Shown one piece after another: positions 25,537 through 38,400 of a stretch of DNA of 64,000 bases. Position numbers and translations under genes: made by a program. The stretch is from Octopus vulgaris (taxonomy: Eukaryota): assembly GCA_951406725.2 (NCBI GenBank), contig OX597818.1, positions 23,498,001 through 23,562,000 on the forward strand, in the 5' to 3' direction. The first letter of the stretch is position 1, and every line of letters begins with the position of its first letter. The notes under the pieces are model-generated. The model worked only from the letters and a program-made list of their open reading frames with translations, did no database searches and had not been told where the DNA came from.

Positions 25537-27303
25537 ATTTATTTAGAATTTGTTCTTGCTCTTGAAGATCCCATTTTAATTTTCTAATATGATATCACGT
25601 AGGACTACATTTTCCAGTGTGTTCTTCCTTAGGGAATTGTTTTTAAGGTGATTTCAGTGCTGTTTTTAGCAGATTAAACAATTGTGAAGTGGCTTCTTTT
25701 CATCCTCAATGATTTTTTTTTTTTGGGATCTAGTGAAGATAAGTTTGGTTGCTTTGAATATGAGCATAGAAGTCGGCTTTATTACACAACAATTAGATAT
25801 CTAATTCTTGTGTAATAAAGATTACTAATAATGGTGTTGGGATATATGTGGCATTAGTGACAGACAACACATTGTAATGTCAAGGGAAATAAAATTACAG
25901 AGACAGTGATGAGATCATATGCAATAGTGTACTGGTGAAAGTGATGCCACTTAATAAATCAAAGTCATAAATCTTATAACTCACTTCAATCATTAGAATA
26001 AGGAAATAGCAACTATACTCTTCAAGTATGTTTAACATCAGTCTTTCTGGCAAGAAAACTCACACTAAAGTAACTAATGTAGTATATGTACTATCTGCCC
26101 ACATCTAGAAGCTTAGAAAAACTAAAGAATAATGCATGAGATTGACAAAATCAGTAGAGTATCAGCCAAAAGTCCTTGCAGCACCTTATGACTGCTTATA
26201 TTTTGATTTTAGATCAAGTTGAGGATAACTGAGGATAGTAGTTGGATGAGATGGAAGTGGGTGTGGGGAAATACCAGCAAAATATTGGGTTGATTTAATT
26301 TGTTTATCTGTGTAAGCAATCAACACAAATGCTTGGCTGTATTGTATCTAAACAATTCCCATGGATCACATTGTTGAGTGTAGTTGTCCAAACTAATAAC
26401 TGTTACTGGTGACAGCCAAAAAGCAATCAACACAAATGCTTGGCTGCATTTGTATCTCTTGACTTCTCATCTTTCCACCTTGATGATAGCTTATATTAGG
26501 GAGCACTTACAATTAATAAACCTTCATTGGTCAGTTTAATGATAAATCATCGGTGGATTTGATGTGTGATTGAAAAAAATTAGTGGTCAGCATTTTTCTG
26601 ATGTCCTGAAGTTTTTGCTGTTATCATGGGTCAGTTTCAAGTGATCAGTTGTTTATTGAAAATTTTCTGAATGGAAATAAGCAGTCCCCGTTTCAAATTT
26701 AGGCACATATATAAATGTGTAACTGTAGGTTATGAATGGGGTGTTATACATGTGGGTGGAATACAGGAAAATGAACAATGCTGTCTTGTAATAGACACAC
26801 TACCTTGAGTTTGACATGAATTAATGTGCAGAGTGAAAATTACTGTCTACAGAACAAGCATAAAAGCTGGCTGTTAACACATTGATGTTTGTGAAGTGTG
26901 CAGGTGAAAGCACAAAGAAAAAGGCAAAAAAAGCACCCGCGAGAAAATGTTAATATTTATGTTGGTATGTGCACAAAGAACAGTATTTGTATTCATGTTA
27001 AAATGTATGTGGCTACATTCACAGACAAAGGAAAACAAAAGGCCTGCTGTGTAAAGAAATATTAAAGAAGGAACAAGACAAACTTGTCACAGCACAGTCT
27101 GTTGCAATTAACTGAGAAATGGTTCCGAAATAAAAAATTTTTAAGAATATGCAAAAAGAATCTTTATGAAGAATCTATGTATCTATATGCATGGAATCAA
27201 AGTGAATGAGACAGTTGATTCTGTATCTTTGAATGCAGGTGCAGGTCAGGTGTTTGTCTATGTTGAACTTCCATACTTTCAGTTGTGTAGTCTTTAAGGG
27301 TGC

Positions 27304-27702
27304 GTGGAGGCGCAATGGCCCAGTGGTTAGGGCAGCGGACTCGCGGTCGTAGGATCGCGGTTTCGATTCCCAGACCGGGCGTTGCAAGTGTTTATTGAGC
27401 GAAAACACCTAAAGCTCCACGAGGCTCCGGCAGGGGATGGTGGTGATCCCTGCTGTACTCTTTCACCACAACTTTCTCTCACTCTTACTTCCTGTTTCTG
27501 TTGTACCTGTATTTCAAAGAGGCCGGCCTTGTCACTCTCTGTGTCACGCTGAATATCCCCGAGAACTACGTTAAGGGGTACACATGTCTGTGGAGTGCTC
27601 AGCCACTTACACGTTAATTTCACGAGCAGGCTGTTCCGTTGATTCGGATCAACCGGAACCCTCATGGTCGTAACTGACGGAGTGCTTCCACTTCCACTTC
27701 CA
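27304..27702 (+). mobile_element. Young full-length tRNA-derived SINE with (TTCCAC)n tail
   Basis: A box tggcccagtgg, B box ggtttcgattccc, CpGs intact, exact 12-bp TSD ctttaagggtgc (27292-27303, 27703-27714). Confidence 0.92.
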
Positions 27703-27889
27703 CTTTAAGGGTGCAAAGCTGTAGTGCTATACAGAAAGATTAAAACTGACACTTTAACTACAGAGCCTTCCCTATGCCCACCCACCTCTTGGCTGCATTT
27801 GTTTCTTGTCTTTTCTTCTCTTCTTTTTGCCTTCATGAAAGCTTATGGTTTACTGACTTCTAGTCAGCAACTTTAATTGATCAAGTAAT

Positions 27890-28325
27890 GAAGTTAAGGA
27901 TGAACTATTCAGTGGTTTGGGGTTTAGTCTCATTGCATGACATCTTGGTCATTTGGTCATTTTTCTTTTCTATAACCTCAGACCAATCAGAGCCTTGTGA
28001 GTGGATTTGATAGAGAGAAACTGAAAAAAATTTTATGAGTGTGTGTGTACATATAGATAGGTAAACAGATATGTATATGTATTCATGTGTGTGTGTTTGT
28101 GTTTTCTCGTCTTGACCTCACACAGTAGTTGCAAATGAGCATCATCATCATCATGTCCCTTGTTCTCAATCTTCCTTGAAGACATGTCCAGCCATGGGGA
28201 AAGATATTAATTTGCATGGAAATAGGCAAGAATTGGTGATAAGAAGAGTATCAGACTATAGAAAATCTTCCTCAGTGAATTCCATCTAACCTATGTAAGG
28301 CCGGAAAAATGGATACCAGAATGAT
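27890..28325 (+). mobile_element. tRNA/CORE-like SINE family copy (others ~4537-4690, 36122-37100 cluster, 40830-41198(-), 41203-41630(+), 45000-45200(-), 59540-60040)
   Basis: Shared gccttgtgagtggatttggtagacggaaactgaaagaagc block followed by (TG)n and an RTE-like tail. Confidence 0.7.
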
Positions 28326-29495
28326 TTAAATGTATGTCTGATGTATATATGATAATTGTTACTTAAATCAATATGGATTCATAGATGTAGTTCATAGACA
28401 ACAAAAGGTGTCTCCAGTATAGTTTCTAAGCTTGCTTTCATATTTCTTTTTACAGTAAAAATATGATAAACACCTAACTTGGTCGTTGACAAGAGTCTTA
28501 ATATGGTAGCTTTATTTTTACCTGTCCACTTGAAACTAGATATACCTGTGGTGAATATCGATAACTGATATACAAAACTGGCATGGGTGGTGGTGACCTA
28601 ACATTGTTGACGTATGTTATATAAAGTTTTGAGTGAATCTTGCATGAAAATTACTTTAAAAGAATAACTTGATTTTATTGTTTTACTTTTCAGTAGCCAA
28701 GCTTTTGTTTTTGACAGCTGTTGTAGTGTATATTGATAAGTAACATTTGTGGAAGATGTGGAAGTAACTCTATGGATCTGAACAGTTAAATGATTATAAT
28801 TCTCACTTGTTGATTTGTCATTAGTAAAATACTGGATTGGTTAGTATGTGGAAAAATACAAAATAGAGCTATCTGTATTTAGCAGAGACAGGTATGTTTA
28901 CATGAAGCTTAATAGTTTATGTATACAACCAGATGTTTTATTTTATTAATGCAACATTTGAAAATTACTGCTTTACAGAACTATATCTAATCTGTCTTCT
29001 GTTGCTATTAAAACATTGACCTCATTTCTGTATTTAATGGCAGTATCATCAGCAAATTTCAGACACAAGTAATATCTTGCTAAGTGGCCTTCAGTATCAT
29101 AGAAATCAATAATTTCAGTGGGTTAAGTAATTTTTTTTTTACACTAAATCCATTGAAGTTATTGATTTGTTTTATTTTAATTTTGTAAAGATTTTAGTAT
29201 CTGCCTTTGTTATCTAATGTTTCCTTAGTGACAGCTATGAAGTGAGAATTACTGCCAATCTTTCAATAGTTTAATGTTAAGATTTATAGTTAATTTTGAA
29301 AGTACTTTTTTGCAAGGTTAGTAATCTATTCTGGGAAGGCTACAAAATTATGTGAAGCTGATATTTTGTTGGAGAAATAGCCCAAGACAGCAGAATACTG
29401 GTTATAGCTATTTTACTATATCTAGTTCTAAATTCTTTTTGATTGTGAGTTCAAGTTCCATCTTAGGCAGCTGAGTTTTATTGGTATCAATTATA

Positions 29496-30485
29496 CAAGG
29501 TGTCCCAAAATTAAGGCAATCAACTTTATTCAATTTTGTCAAAGCAAAATATTGTTATATTTTGAGTCTGAGCATTGCAATGCAACGGTAAAGGAAACAC
29601 AATTACGACACTACCACATTTATTTGATATGACCACCTCTGTTTTGAATTGCAGCCTTAAGTTTAGGTGCGAATGTTTCACACATGGCATGCAACTGTTC
29701 TTGCAGAATTGAAGCCCATTCCTGGCACAGTTTTGCCTTTAGAGCATCAAGCGAAGTGTGAGGAGTGCTTGAGATTCTTAATTACCCAAATGGACCAAAC
29801 AGAAAAATCCAATGGGTTGAGATTGGGACTTCTTGAGGGTCATACATCCTTGCCTATGAACGATGGAATGTTTATCTGAATCTAGTGTTGTGTCTGTTTG
29901 GAGCTGTAGGATGGTGCCGCATCCTGTTGGAGGTTCCAAGGTGCACCTTGAAAGTGCTCATTTGCCCATGGAAGCATTCAGATTCCAGAATGTTAATACG
30001 TCACTGGGTATTAATTTTAACACCCGAGGACAGAAAAATGATGGGAGACACTTCCAGTGGCTGTCACAGCTGCCCAAACCATAACTGACTGTAGATTTTG
30101 ACATCGGTTTGCGAGTCTACCCTTGATGGAGCCAGACACACTCCAAAGTTGGTCATTCTGGCAGTTTACTGTCCTTGATGTCAAATTTCTATTCGTCAGT
30201 GAACATCAGATTGGGCAGCATGCCTCCAACAATCTGATGCAAGATAAGACAACTTCTCTCCAGTCTCATGGCCTTATAAACTTGTATGAGTTTGTAACAG
30301 CAGAACATCTTGTAGGGATGGGTCATGAGATCCTCCTTCAGCACTTGATACATCAATGTTTGGCTTATTTTTGCTGTAACAGCCAGTTTTCTAACAGAGT
30401 GGTGAGGATTTTGCTGTTTATTTTTGTGGTATTTTTGAGAAGCCAAGGGTCAGTCAGCAGTGGAATCACTCTTGAAATTTTTTGA
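29496..30485 (-). mobile_element. Tc1/mariner superfamily DD37D (maT-type) transposon relic
   Basis: TA|caaggtgtccc terminus; minus strand FTDE and QQDAAPSY-(37 aa)-NPLDFSVW with stops. Confidence 0.8.
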
Positions 30486-31879
30486 CAATTTTCCAGACTG
30501 TTATCCAGTTAATCTTATGCTTTATTGCTCTAGCTTATTATTTTTGCCTCTTTTGTGGAGGGTTATGATTGTATTTCAGTCTATAACCATTATGTAATTT
30601 ATAAATCTAAATTCATTTAGTCTGAAATAAAAAGAAAACACACTAAGCTTTTATAATAATGTATAATTTTCATATTTTATCACATTTATTGATAGTTATT
30701 AAGGCCCAACACTTCAGTTGCTTTAATTTTAGAACACTTTTTATATGGAGGGAAGTGAGGGTTAAAATTAACATGTCTCTATCCCTTAAAAATTTAACTT
30801 TATAATCAATCAAAAGAAACAAACTTTTTGTTTTAAGAGATATGAGTTTGGAATTTATGATACATACACAAGATATAGCAAAATTTCTGAACAATACAGT
30901 TTGGAGAATGGAGAATTTTATTTATTTTATTCACAGTCGGTAAACATAGATACGGCAAGAATCCTAATTTGGAGAAAGCCAACTGTAAGATTGACCCAAT
31001 AAGTTAAATAAAACAAAGGGTTTTGTTATTATGTTAGTGATTACTTCAGCCAGAGTACTTTTTGGTATTGAAAATAAATTCTTGAAAGTGTTAATACACA
31101 TATTTAGACTGTGCTGGAAATATGAAGTTTCAAAAGAAGTATCAAGAATTGCACTACTTTACTGTAAAGAATATAAAATGTTCTTTCTATTTAGCTTTTT
31201 TCTGAAAAGGTTAGAAAAATATTTACTGAGAAATTTGATTAAATGTTGTTAAACTGTTTTCTCTCACAATAATATTCAGATGATTAAACAGAAAATTATT
31301 TTGAAATTATTTTGTAAATTTATGTAAAAGAATGATATATTTTGTTTAAGACAGCAGAATACTGGTTTTAGCTATTTTACTGTACCTAGTTCTGAATTCC
31401 TTATGATTGTAAGAATAAAAATACTGGCAGCAACCTTGCTCTTTGTAATCCTTTAGAATATCTGTGAGAATGGGTGTAAATGATTAGGGGAAAACCATCC
31501 CCCCAAATTGATTAATAGTTTTGCTAGTAGTTGAGATGATAATTCTTCTTTCAATAACCCCATGGCCTCCATCAAGGATAAACTTCTTAATTCCATTAAA
31601 AAGAATCTTATCCTAACAGATTTCACCAAGGAAATCCAGCCAGCACCTCCACCAAGAAAGTCTGACTCTCACCTCCACTAAGATTAACTCCATTCCATCA
31701 AACTCTGTCAAACATATTCACAAACTCTATTAACAAATTTTATTAACCAAATTGCATTCTCAAAAGTTCCAAGGAAAACACCAGTAACTCCATCAAGAAC
31801 AACATCTAGATTGTTTCAATCTTTGATAGATATCCCAAACTACAACAAATTGATATCATTTCATAATTCATATGACTTA

Positions 31880-32090
31880 AGGTGGCAAGCTGGCAGAACT
31901 GTTAGCATGCTGGGCAAAATGCTTAGTGGTACTTAATTCATCTTTACATTCTGAGTTCAAATCCACCAAGGTCAACTTTACCTTCCATCCTTTCAGGGTT
32001 GATAAAATAAATGCCATTGAACACTGGGTCGATGTAATCAATTTACTCCTTACCCAACAATTGCTGGCCTTGTGCCAAAATCAGAAACCA
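31880..32090 (+). mobile_element. tRNA-SINE with conserved central domain (Meta/Deu-Nin-like; assignment uncertain)
   Basis: gctggcagaactgttagc A box, gagttcaaatcc B box, ccttccatcctttcagggttgataaaat core; 10-bp TSD atatgactta (31870-31879, 32091-32100). Confidence 0.85.
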
Positions 32091-32172
32091 ATATGACTTA
32101 GCATTTATCATTGATTTTAGTTTTGGTCAGTTAATATTTTCAAATGCTAATGTTTTTCTATTTTTCTTACAG

Positions 32173-32406
32173 GCACACCTGAAAGACAGCCATCAGCTAA
32201 TGGTTGTGCACTGGGCAGGTAAAAATAGCAGAGTGATTGTAGCCTTAACTAAAGACTCCAAACCAACAGCCAAAGCATCTTCCAGCAATGTATTCATATC
32301 ATATAATTATGGCAAAGACTTTGAAAATGTTAGCTACAAGTTGACATCAGACAACAATGTGTCAGCTATTCACCAGTTTCATAATCACCCACGACAGAAC
32401 AGCCAT
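32173..32406 (+). CDS. SORL1: SORL1 exon (VPS10P start: [19 protein letters not shown]...RQNSH)
   Basis: tttttcttacAG acceptor, GTAAGT donor, 234 nt, phase 0-0. Confidence 0.95.
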
Positions 32407-35400
32407 GTAAGTTTCTCTGCTTCTCCCAAGTCTTTTCATGCTAATTTATAGTTTAATTTGCTCATGGTGTCAGTGTATGAACATGAATGTGTGTGTGTAT
32501 ATAATTATGAATACAGTTTATGACTGCATTTTATACATCAGCTGTTTGTTTGAGTGTTGGTATATATTTGGGTCAATTCATTTCTCAACTCTGTTGTTTA
32601 TCTTTAAAAAAATTTCAAAGTAAATTGACCATCCTTCTTTTGGCCTCAGGCTGATTCCCCAGTAAAAAATTTGATATTCATCTTTGAGTTATCTTGGCCT
32701 TGTCTGCTGTGTACTTACATGTACACTCATACAAAATAAGACATTTGTGTGGAAGTATAATTACCATCATCATTGTTTATCTTCCTGACATCTTATTTAA
32801 TTAACTGACATTAAGAAACTCATCACAAACTATTTATTGTTAAATCACTTTTACACACAAGTCCAAAATATTTTCCTGGAGTTTTTTCATATTATAGACT
32901 TAATCAATTGCCTCAGTTTAATAATACCATCTGGTCCTAAGGTGTCATTAGTGGAGTCCAGATCTGATCCTTTCTGAGAATAACTTCCTCCATTATTGAA
33001 AAAGTATGATTCCTTTATTTGTATGTATATATATATATATATATTTATTCATTCATATCTTTTCTTGTTATTGCAGTATGTATTTGTGGATATAACTTAT
33101 AACGTCACATTTTTCACACGAGACTATGGAAAGGCTTTCATTAAGCATCCTGTACCTTTTTGCCCCAGAGTATTGGCTTTTCATTCTACGAATCCAGAAA
33201 TACTTGTTGGAATGGATGATGATGATTCACAGAGAAAAGTAAGTTGCTGATGTGGCCTGGGGAAGTTTAATAAATGAGAGAAAATTAAAACCCAAGCTCT
33301 GATGGATATGTACCTGAAAGCTGTAGCTGAACTCATTGCTATTTATCACTTAACTGACAGCATCTCTTTACATGGCATCTATGCCTCTCACTAGCTATGC
33401 AATTACATCTAGTTTTATTAGTGATCACTGGGTCTGTCAGAGGCCTTCTCCAGATCAATAAATGTGAAGTGCAGTGGCTTGCTCTTTGCTAAAAACTGCA
33501 TAAGTAATTGTTTCACATGGAAGAAGGCACTAACAGTACACTGTCCTAGCACAAACCTGAATTGTATCTGATCTAAGCAAATTTCCTTTGTAATTACTTG
33601 CACTTATAATTTGTTGTTACTTACATAACTTGGTCAATCAGTTTGATGTTTTTCTAGTTGCTTGTTTCCTGAGAATGTCTTTTACTCTTGTTGTAGTTGA
33701 TGATGATACTGCTATGTCATTCCTTTTGAATGACCTCTTCCTGTTCTACATGACTGACTATGCAGGAAACTTGTGTGTATCATACTTTGCCAAATATTTA
33801 CAGCATCCCAGTGAATATCCTTAGTAATTCAACTGATTTCACTATTTTTAATTACCGTTTTGATTAAGAACCAGCCATTGAAATTGTTTGAATATTTGGA
33901 CTAAGCTCCCCTTCCTCTTTAAGTATTCTTTTCATTCAGAAATTTCACTGTGAGACCAAGTACATATGGCTATGACTGCATATATTTATATATTCAAAAC
34001 CCATGCTGTATTAGTATTTTAGTAATAGTGTCCAGCCTTCAGACTTGTGCCATAATGTAAATGAGCTTTTGTTTAGATGTATAGTTGTTTACATTTTAAT
34101 ATGTAACCTGGAGAGATAAAATTCAAATGAATTGTTAAATAACTATGAAACTGGTCTGTTCAATCCTCACACTTTTTTTTGTTTCAGTTATATTTAACAA
34201 AGAATTTTGGAGATTCTTGGACTCTAGTGCAAGAAAATGTGAAAGCCTTCTTTTGGTAACTAATTATAAACTTTTACGCTCTGTTGTATTTATTTACTTA
34301 CTTATCTTTGTTAGTTTTGGTTTAATGTTTCTGCAAATTTTGATGATTATTTACAAAACTTACAGGTAATTGTCTTTATTTTCAGCTAGGTTGAACATAA
34401 CAATTTAATTCTCATTGGGCCAGTTTATTTATAACACAGCTCATTGCAGCTGGAGTGCTATTATTATTGATAAATTTATAACTTGCTATTTAGACATTAG
34501 ATTAGAGTTTAAGACCTGTTTTGATTCCTGACAAAAGTTTATCCATTTCACATATTTGCTAACATTCTTTAAAAAGGCATTAACATTAAACAATCTGATC
34601 TTTCTCCTAGCCTTTCTAGACAATGAGATAGTGATAGTTGGATAAGATTACTCTTCAGTTTGAACTCTTGAAGGTCAAGTATAGGTAGAAAAGCTTGGAC
34701 TGGTAAGGAGTTCCCAAGTTCTTGAGTGGAATGATCTTATTAAATGCTTATTATGAGTGAGGCATAAATAGAAATGAAGTAAGAGGAGAAACAGATGAGA
34801 TGATTGGTTTTACATGAATGTTATATATTATCAGCAAGTTCAGACTTCACATTTGGGCTACTTTCTTAACCAAAGAATAATCTAACTACATCATACATAT
34901 AATATCATAAAATATAACTGTGATAAAAAATGAGTGATTTAGATTTAGTAAGACAAACAATTTCTGAGACAGGATAGTAACCTAAGACTATCAATGAAAT
35001 ATTTCAACATATTAAGCATTTTAGATTGTTAAATCTTAGTTTAAAATGTTATTTTATTATTAATTCTTGAGCAAGGATTTCTTTTGTAGTTGAAAAATCC
35101 TTTTTGTAAAGAGAGAGGTATAGTGAGTTATAAAATACCGGTATCTTATGGTATTTATTTCAGTAACAATAAGCAGCTAAAAAGTAAAGGCAATTTTTGC
35201 ATAACTGTCAAGAATCTAGTAATTTTTTTTTGTCAAATCAAAAATATGAAGGCATTGCCCATGATATGTAAACACTCACAAACTGGTGAATTTGTTATGG
35301 CTCATGCTTGTGTCAATGTTTACAGGAAAAACATAATTGTTGAGAAAACTAGGATCTAGTCTAAATTCTTGCAACAGAATGAATTAAAAGCAATCTGGCT

Positions 35401-38400
35401 TCATATTGACTGTACCAAGTAAATATTAAATGTTTCTTGCATCATTGTTTATAACAAAGAAAATTTTTTTTTTTATTAATATCAATATTACTGATAAGGC
35501 AATGGAGACAGTTAAAACAATCGCACTGGACTAAATGATTTATAGTTGTAAACCAAGTCAATTTTTCTTTTATCTTTCTGTGATCAAGGAAATAAGTATT
35601 AGTCAAGTACCAGGGTTAATGAAATTGACAACATCTCACTCCCTCAAAATATATGATCTTTTGGATTCCATCATTGAACAGATTTCTCTTTTCCCTCTCA
35701 GATTGTTGCTTTATCATAATGTATATCATTTTACGTAAAAAAAATATTAGCAGTTATTTCATGTTCGCATGAACAAACCTATTACTTGATTCAATGTCTT
35801 TTTTTTTTTCCTTCATTATAGGGGCCAAGGGAAATATGATAATCCCAACAATATCTACGTGGAACGGATAGAACCCAATGGTCACAGTACTGTTGTTCTT
35901 TCAACAAACTTTTTCTTAGGAAGTCAACAGGCCCTTATATCAGGAGTTGAAGATTTTGAGATCAAGGACAACTACATGTTTGCTACAAAGAAAATTGTTA
36001 GTATATTTTAAGTTGCCTCAAACGACTTGAGAAAGATTTTTTTTATCATTAATTAATTAATTTTTTCCTAATCTGTTAAATTTGGTTATTTCAGAATGTT
36101 TTTCAATTTTAGAATATTGACAGGTGTGGCTGTGTGTTTTAAAAGTTGACTTTGAAATCATGCAGTTTAGGGTTCATCCTCACTGTAAACTCTGTGAACT
36201 GGCGCCTTCTAAAATAGTTACAGGTTCACCAGTGCTTTGTGTGTGTAATTCAGTGGATAGAAACTGGAAGAAGCCCATAGTGTGTGCTGTGGATATATGT
36301 ATGTATGTATGTATAATGGCTGTGCAATTTAGAAGTTGTTTCCCACTCACATGATTTTAAGTTCAGTTCCTTAGTGTGCTTCCCGGGGCAAATGTCTTTA
36401 ACTATATCCCCAGGCCAACCAAACCCCTGCGAGAGGAATTTATCAGTAAAAATTAGAAGTTTGTCATATATGTGTGTATGTTTGTGTGTGTTTATGTTTC
36501 CTTATCTTGAGTAGCAATCATACAAATTGTGTTTTTGGTTTCTAGTCTTCCATGAAAACAGATTTGGCCATAGGGAATTATTACTTTACTTGGAAACAGG
36601 TGAGGGTTGGCAACATGAAGGGCATCCAACCGTAGGAAATATACCTCAACAAATTGTCTGATCCATGCAAGCATGGAAAAGTGGACATTAAAATGGTGAT
36701 ATATAGGTGCAGACATGGGTATTTGGTTAAGTTTCCTTCACAACCACTTGATTTTGCATTTAGTCCCACTGCATGAACCCTGGGAAAGTGTGTTCTACTC
36801 TGTCCCCAAATTTTTTAGCTGGCAGAGTGAATTTGGTAGATTGAAACTCTGAAAATGTGTGTGTAAACAACTGTGTGTGAATCACCGTTTGAGCAAACTA
36901 TCACCATTTGAGCAAAGCACTGCTGACACTGACATTCTTCTGTGGCATTAAGATATCCTCTGTGCTTTTGAAAACCTGTGGAATAATGAAATTCCTTAAT
37001 CAAAAAACCAGGCAATGGTTGGCAACAGGAAGAACTTTCAATCTGCCTCAATTAATTCTCCATCAAACCCATGCTAGCTTGGAAAAATTAATATTAAATG
37101 AAAAAAAGGACATCTATGTTTATTTTGACATGTCCCAAATGTCTACATCGCTTAGCTGTATCTTTTGTAGCATCTAGTAGATGCTCAAACTCTTGCTAAC
37201 TACAAGTCTTTCTCTCAGTACATAGTCTTATAATTAGGTAAATCATCATCATCATTATCATTTAACACCTGTCTTCCATGCTGGTATAGTTTGAATGGTT
37301 TGGTAGGATTTGAAAAGATGGTTGACTGTGTCATGCTTTGATGTCTGCTTTGGCATGGTTTCTATTGCTGGATGCCCTTCTTAATGCCAACCTTTTTACA
37401 GAGTGTACAGGTGCTTTTTTCTTGGCATCAGTGCTTATTTCATCTGTCTTTACGTTTTTGAGTTCAAATTTCACCGAGGTCAACTTTGACGTACAGATTA
37501 TTTAATTAATTTTTTTAGCTAAACACTCTCAAACTTGCGATACTGGTAGAATGTATCACATAGAACAGGGTTTACTCTTAACGTTTTTGACAAAATTTTG
37601 TATTTTAAAAGTTATTTCGTCAGAAGCTACAGAGTGACAATGGACAAATTTGTGTTTGATAAGTGCCAATACACGAAACTCTCAGCTTTTGATTTACTCT
37701 CTAACTTCTGCTGATGATATATTTACATATTACATATATAAGTAAAAAAATTGCATCATGCAATCGAACCAATGAAAGAGCCTCTACCTGATCGCTTGAC
37801 ATGCTAAAAGTAGCAGCCAAAGTATCCCCCTACCTAAATCACATGCCCATTGTATGTAATGTCTTAGATTATCCTTAAAAAGACTTGTTTGCTGAAGGCA
37901 GGAATGTCTTTGATGATACGTTTGCAGTATCAAGGTTTATTTGAGGCTAAATAACAACAACATTATGGTCAATTTCTATATTCTACCTGCACAATTTTCA
38001 CTAAGAAAAAAAAAATTTGATTTTTTGCATGGAATCAAGTACCCCGACATCCTAATATGCTGCAAATCTCTTATTTTGGTTCAGATAAAATGAGGTGGGG
38101 GGTTCCCCTCCAATCCTGGAATCATTGGAAATTTTTTTCCGGTGAATGAATTCCTGTGACCTCCTAATATTGCAAAATTAGGTTACTTAAAGCAAGCCTG
38201 GTAACTGATGATTTTGGGGTCTTGTTGTTTGTAACTTTTGGTGAGCCATGGTGCAACCAACAACATGGTAAAAATCCTTGCCATTAATTTGGTGTGGAAG
38301 GGTAATATCAAATAATTCAATCACAATATATATTTAAATTAAACATGAAAAAAATTGAAACATTATCACTACTTACATGGAAAAATTGAAATATTATCTT

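Noticed and set aside
26314-26457. 35-bp direct repeat aagcaatcaacacaaatgcttggctg.att
   Set aside because: A short local duplication with no associated structure.
27304-27380. Functional tRNA gene
   Set aside because: It is the head of a TSD-flanked SINE with no proper acceptor stem or Pol III terminator.
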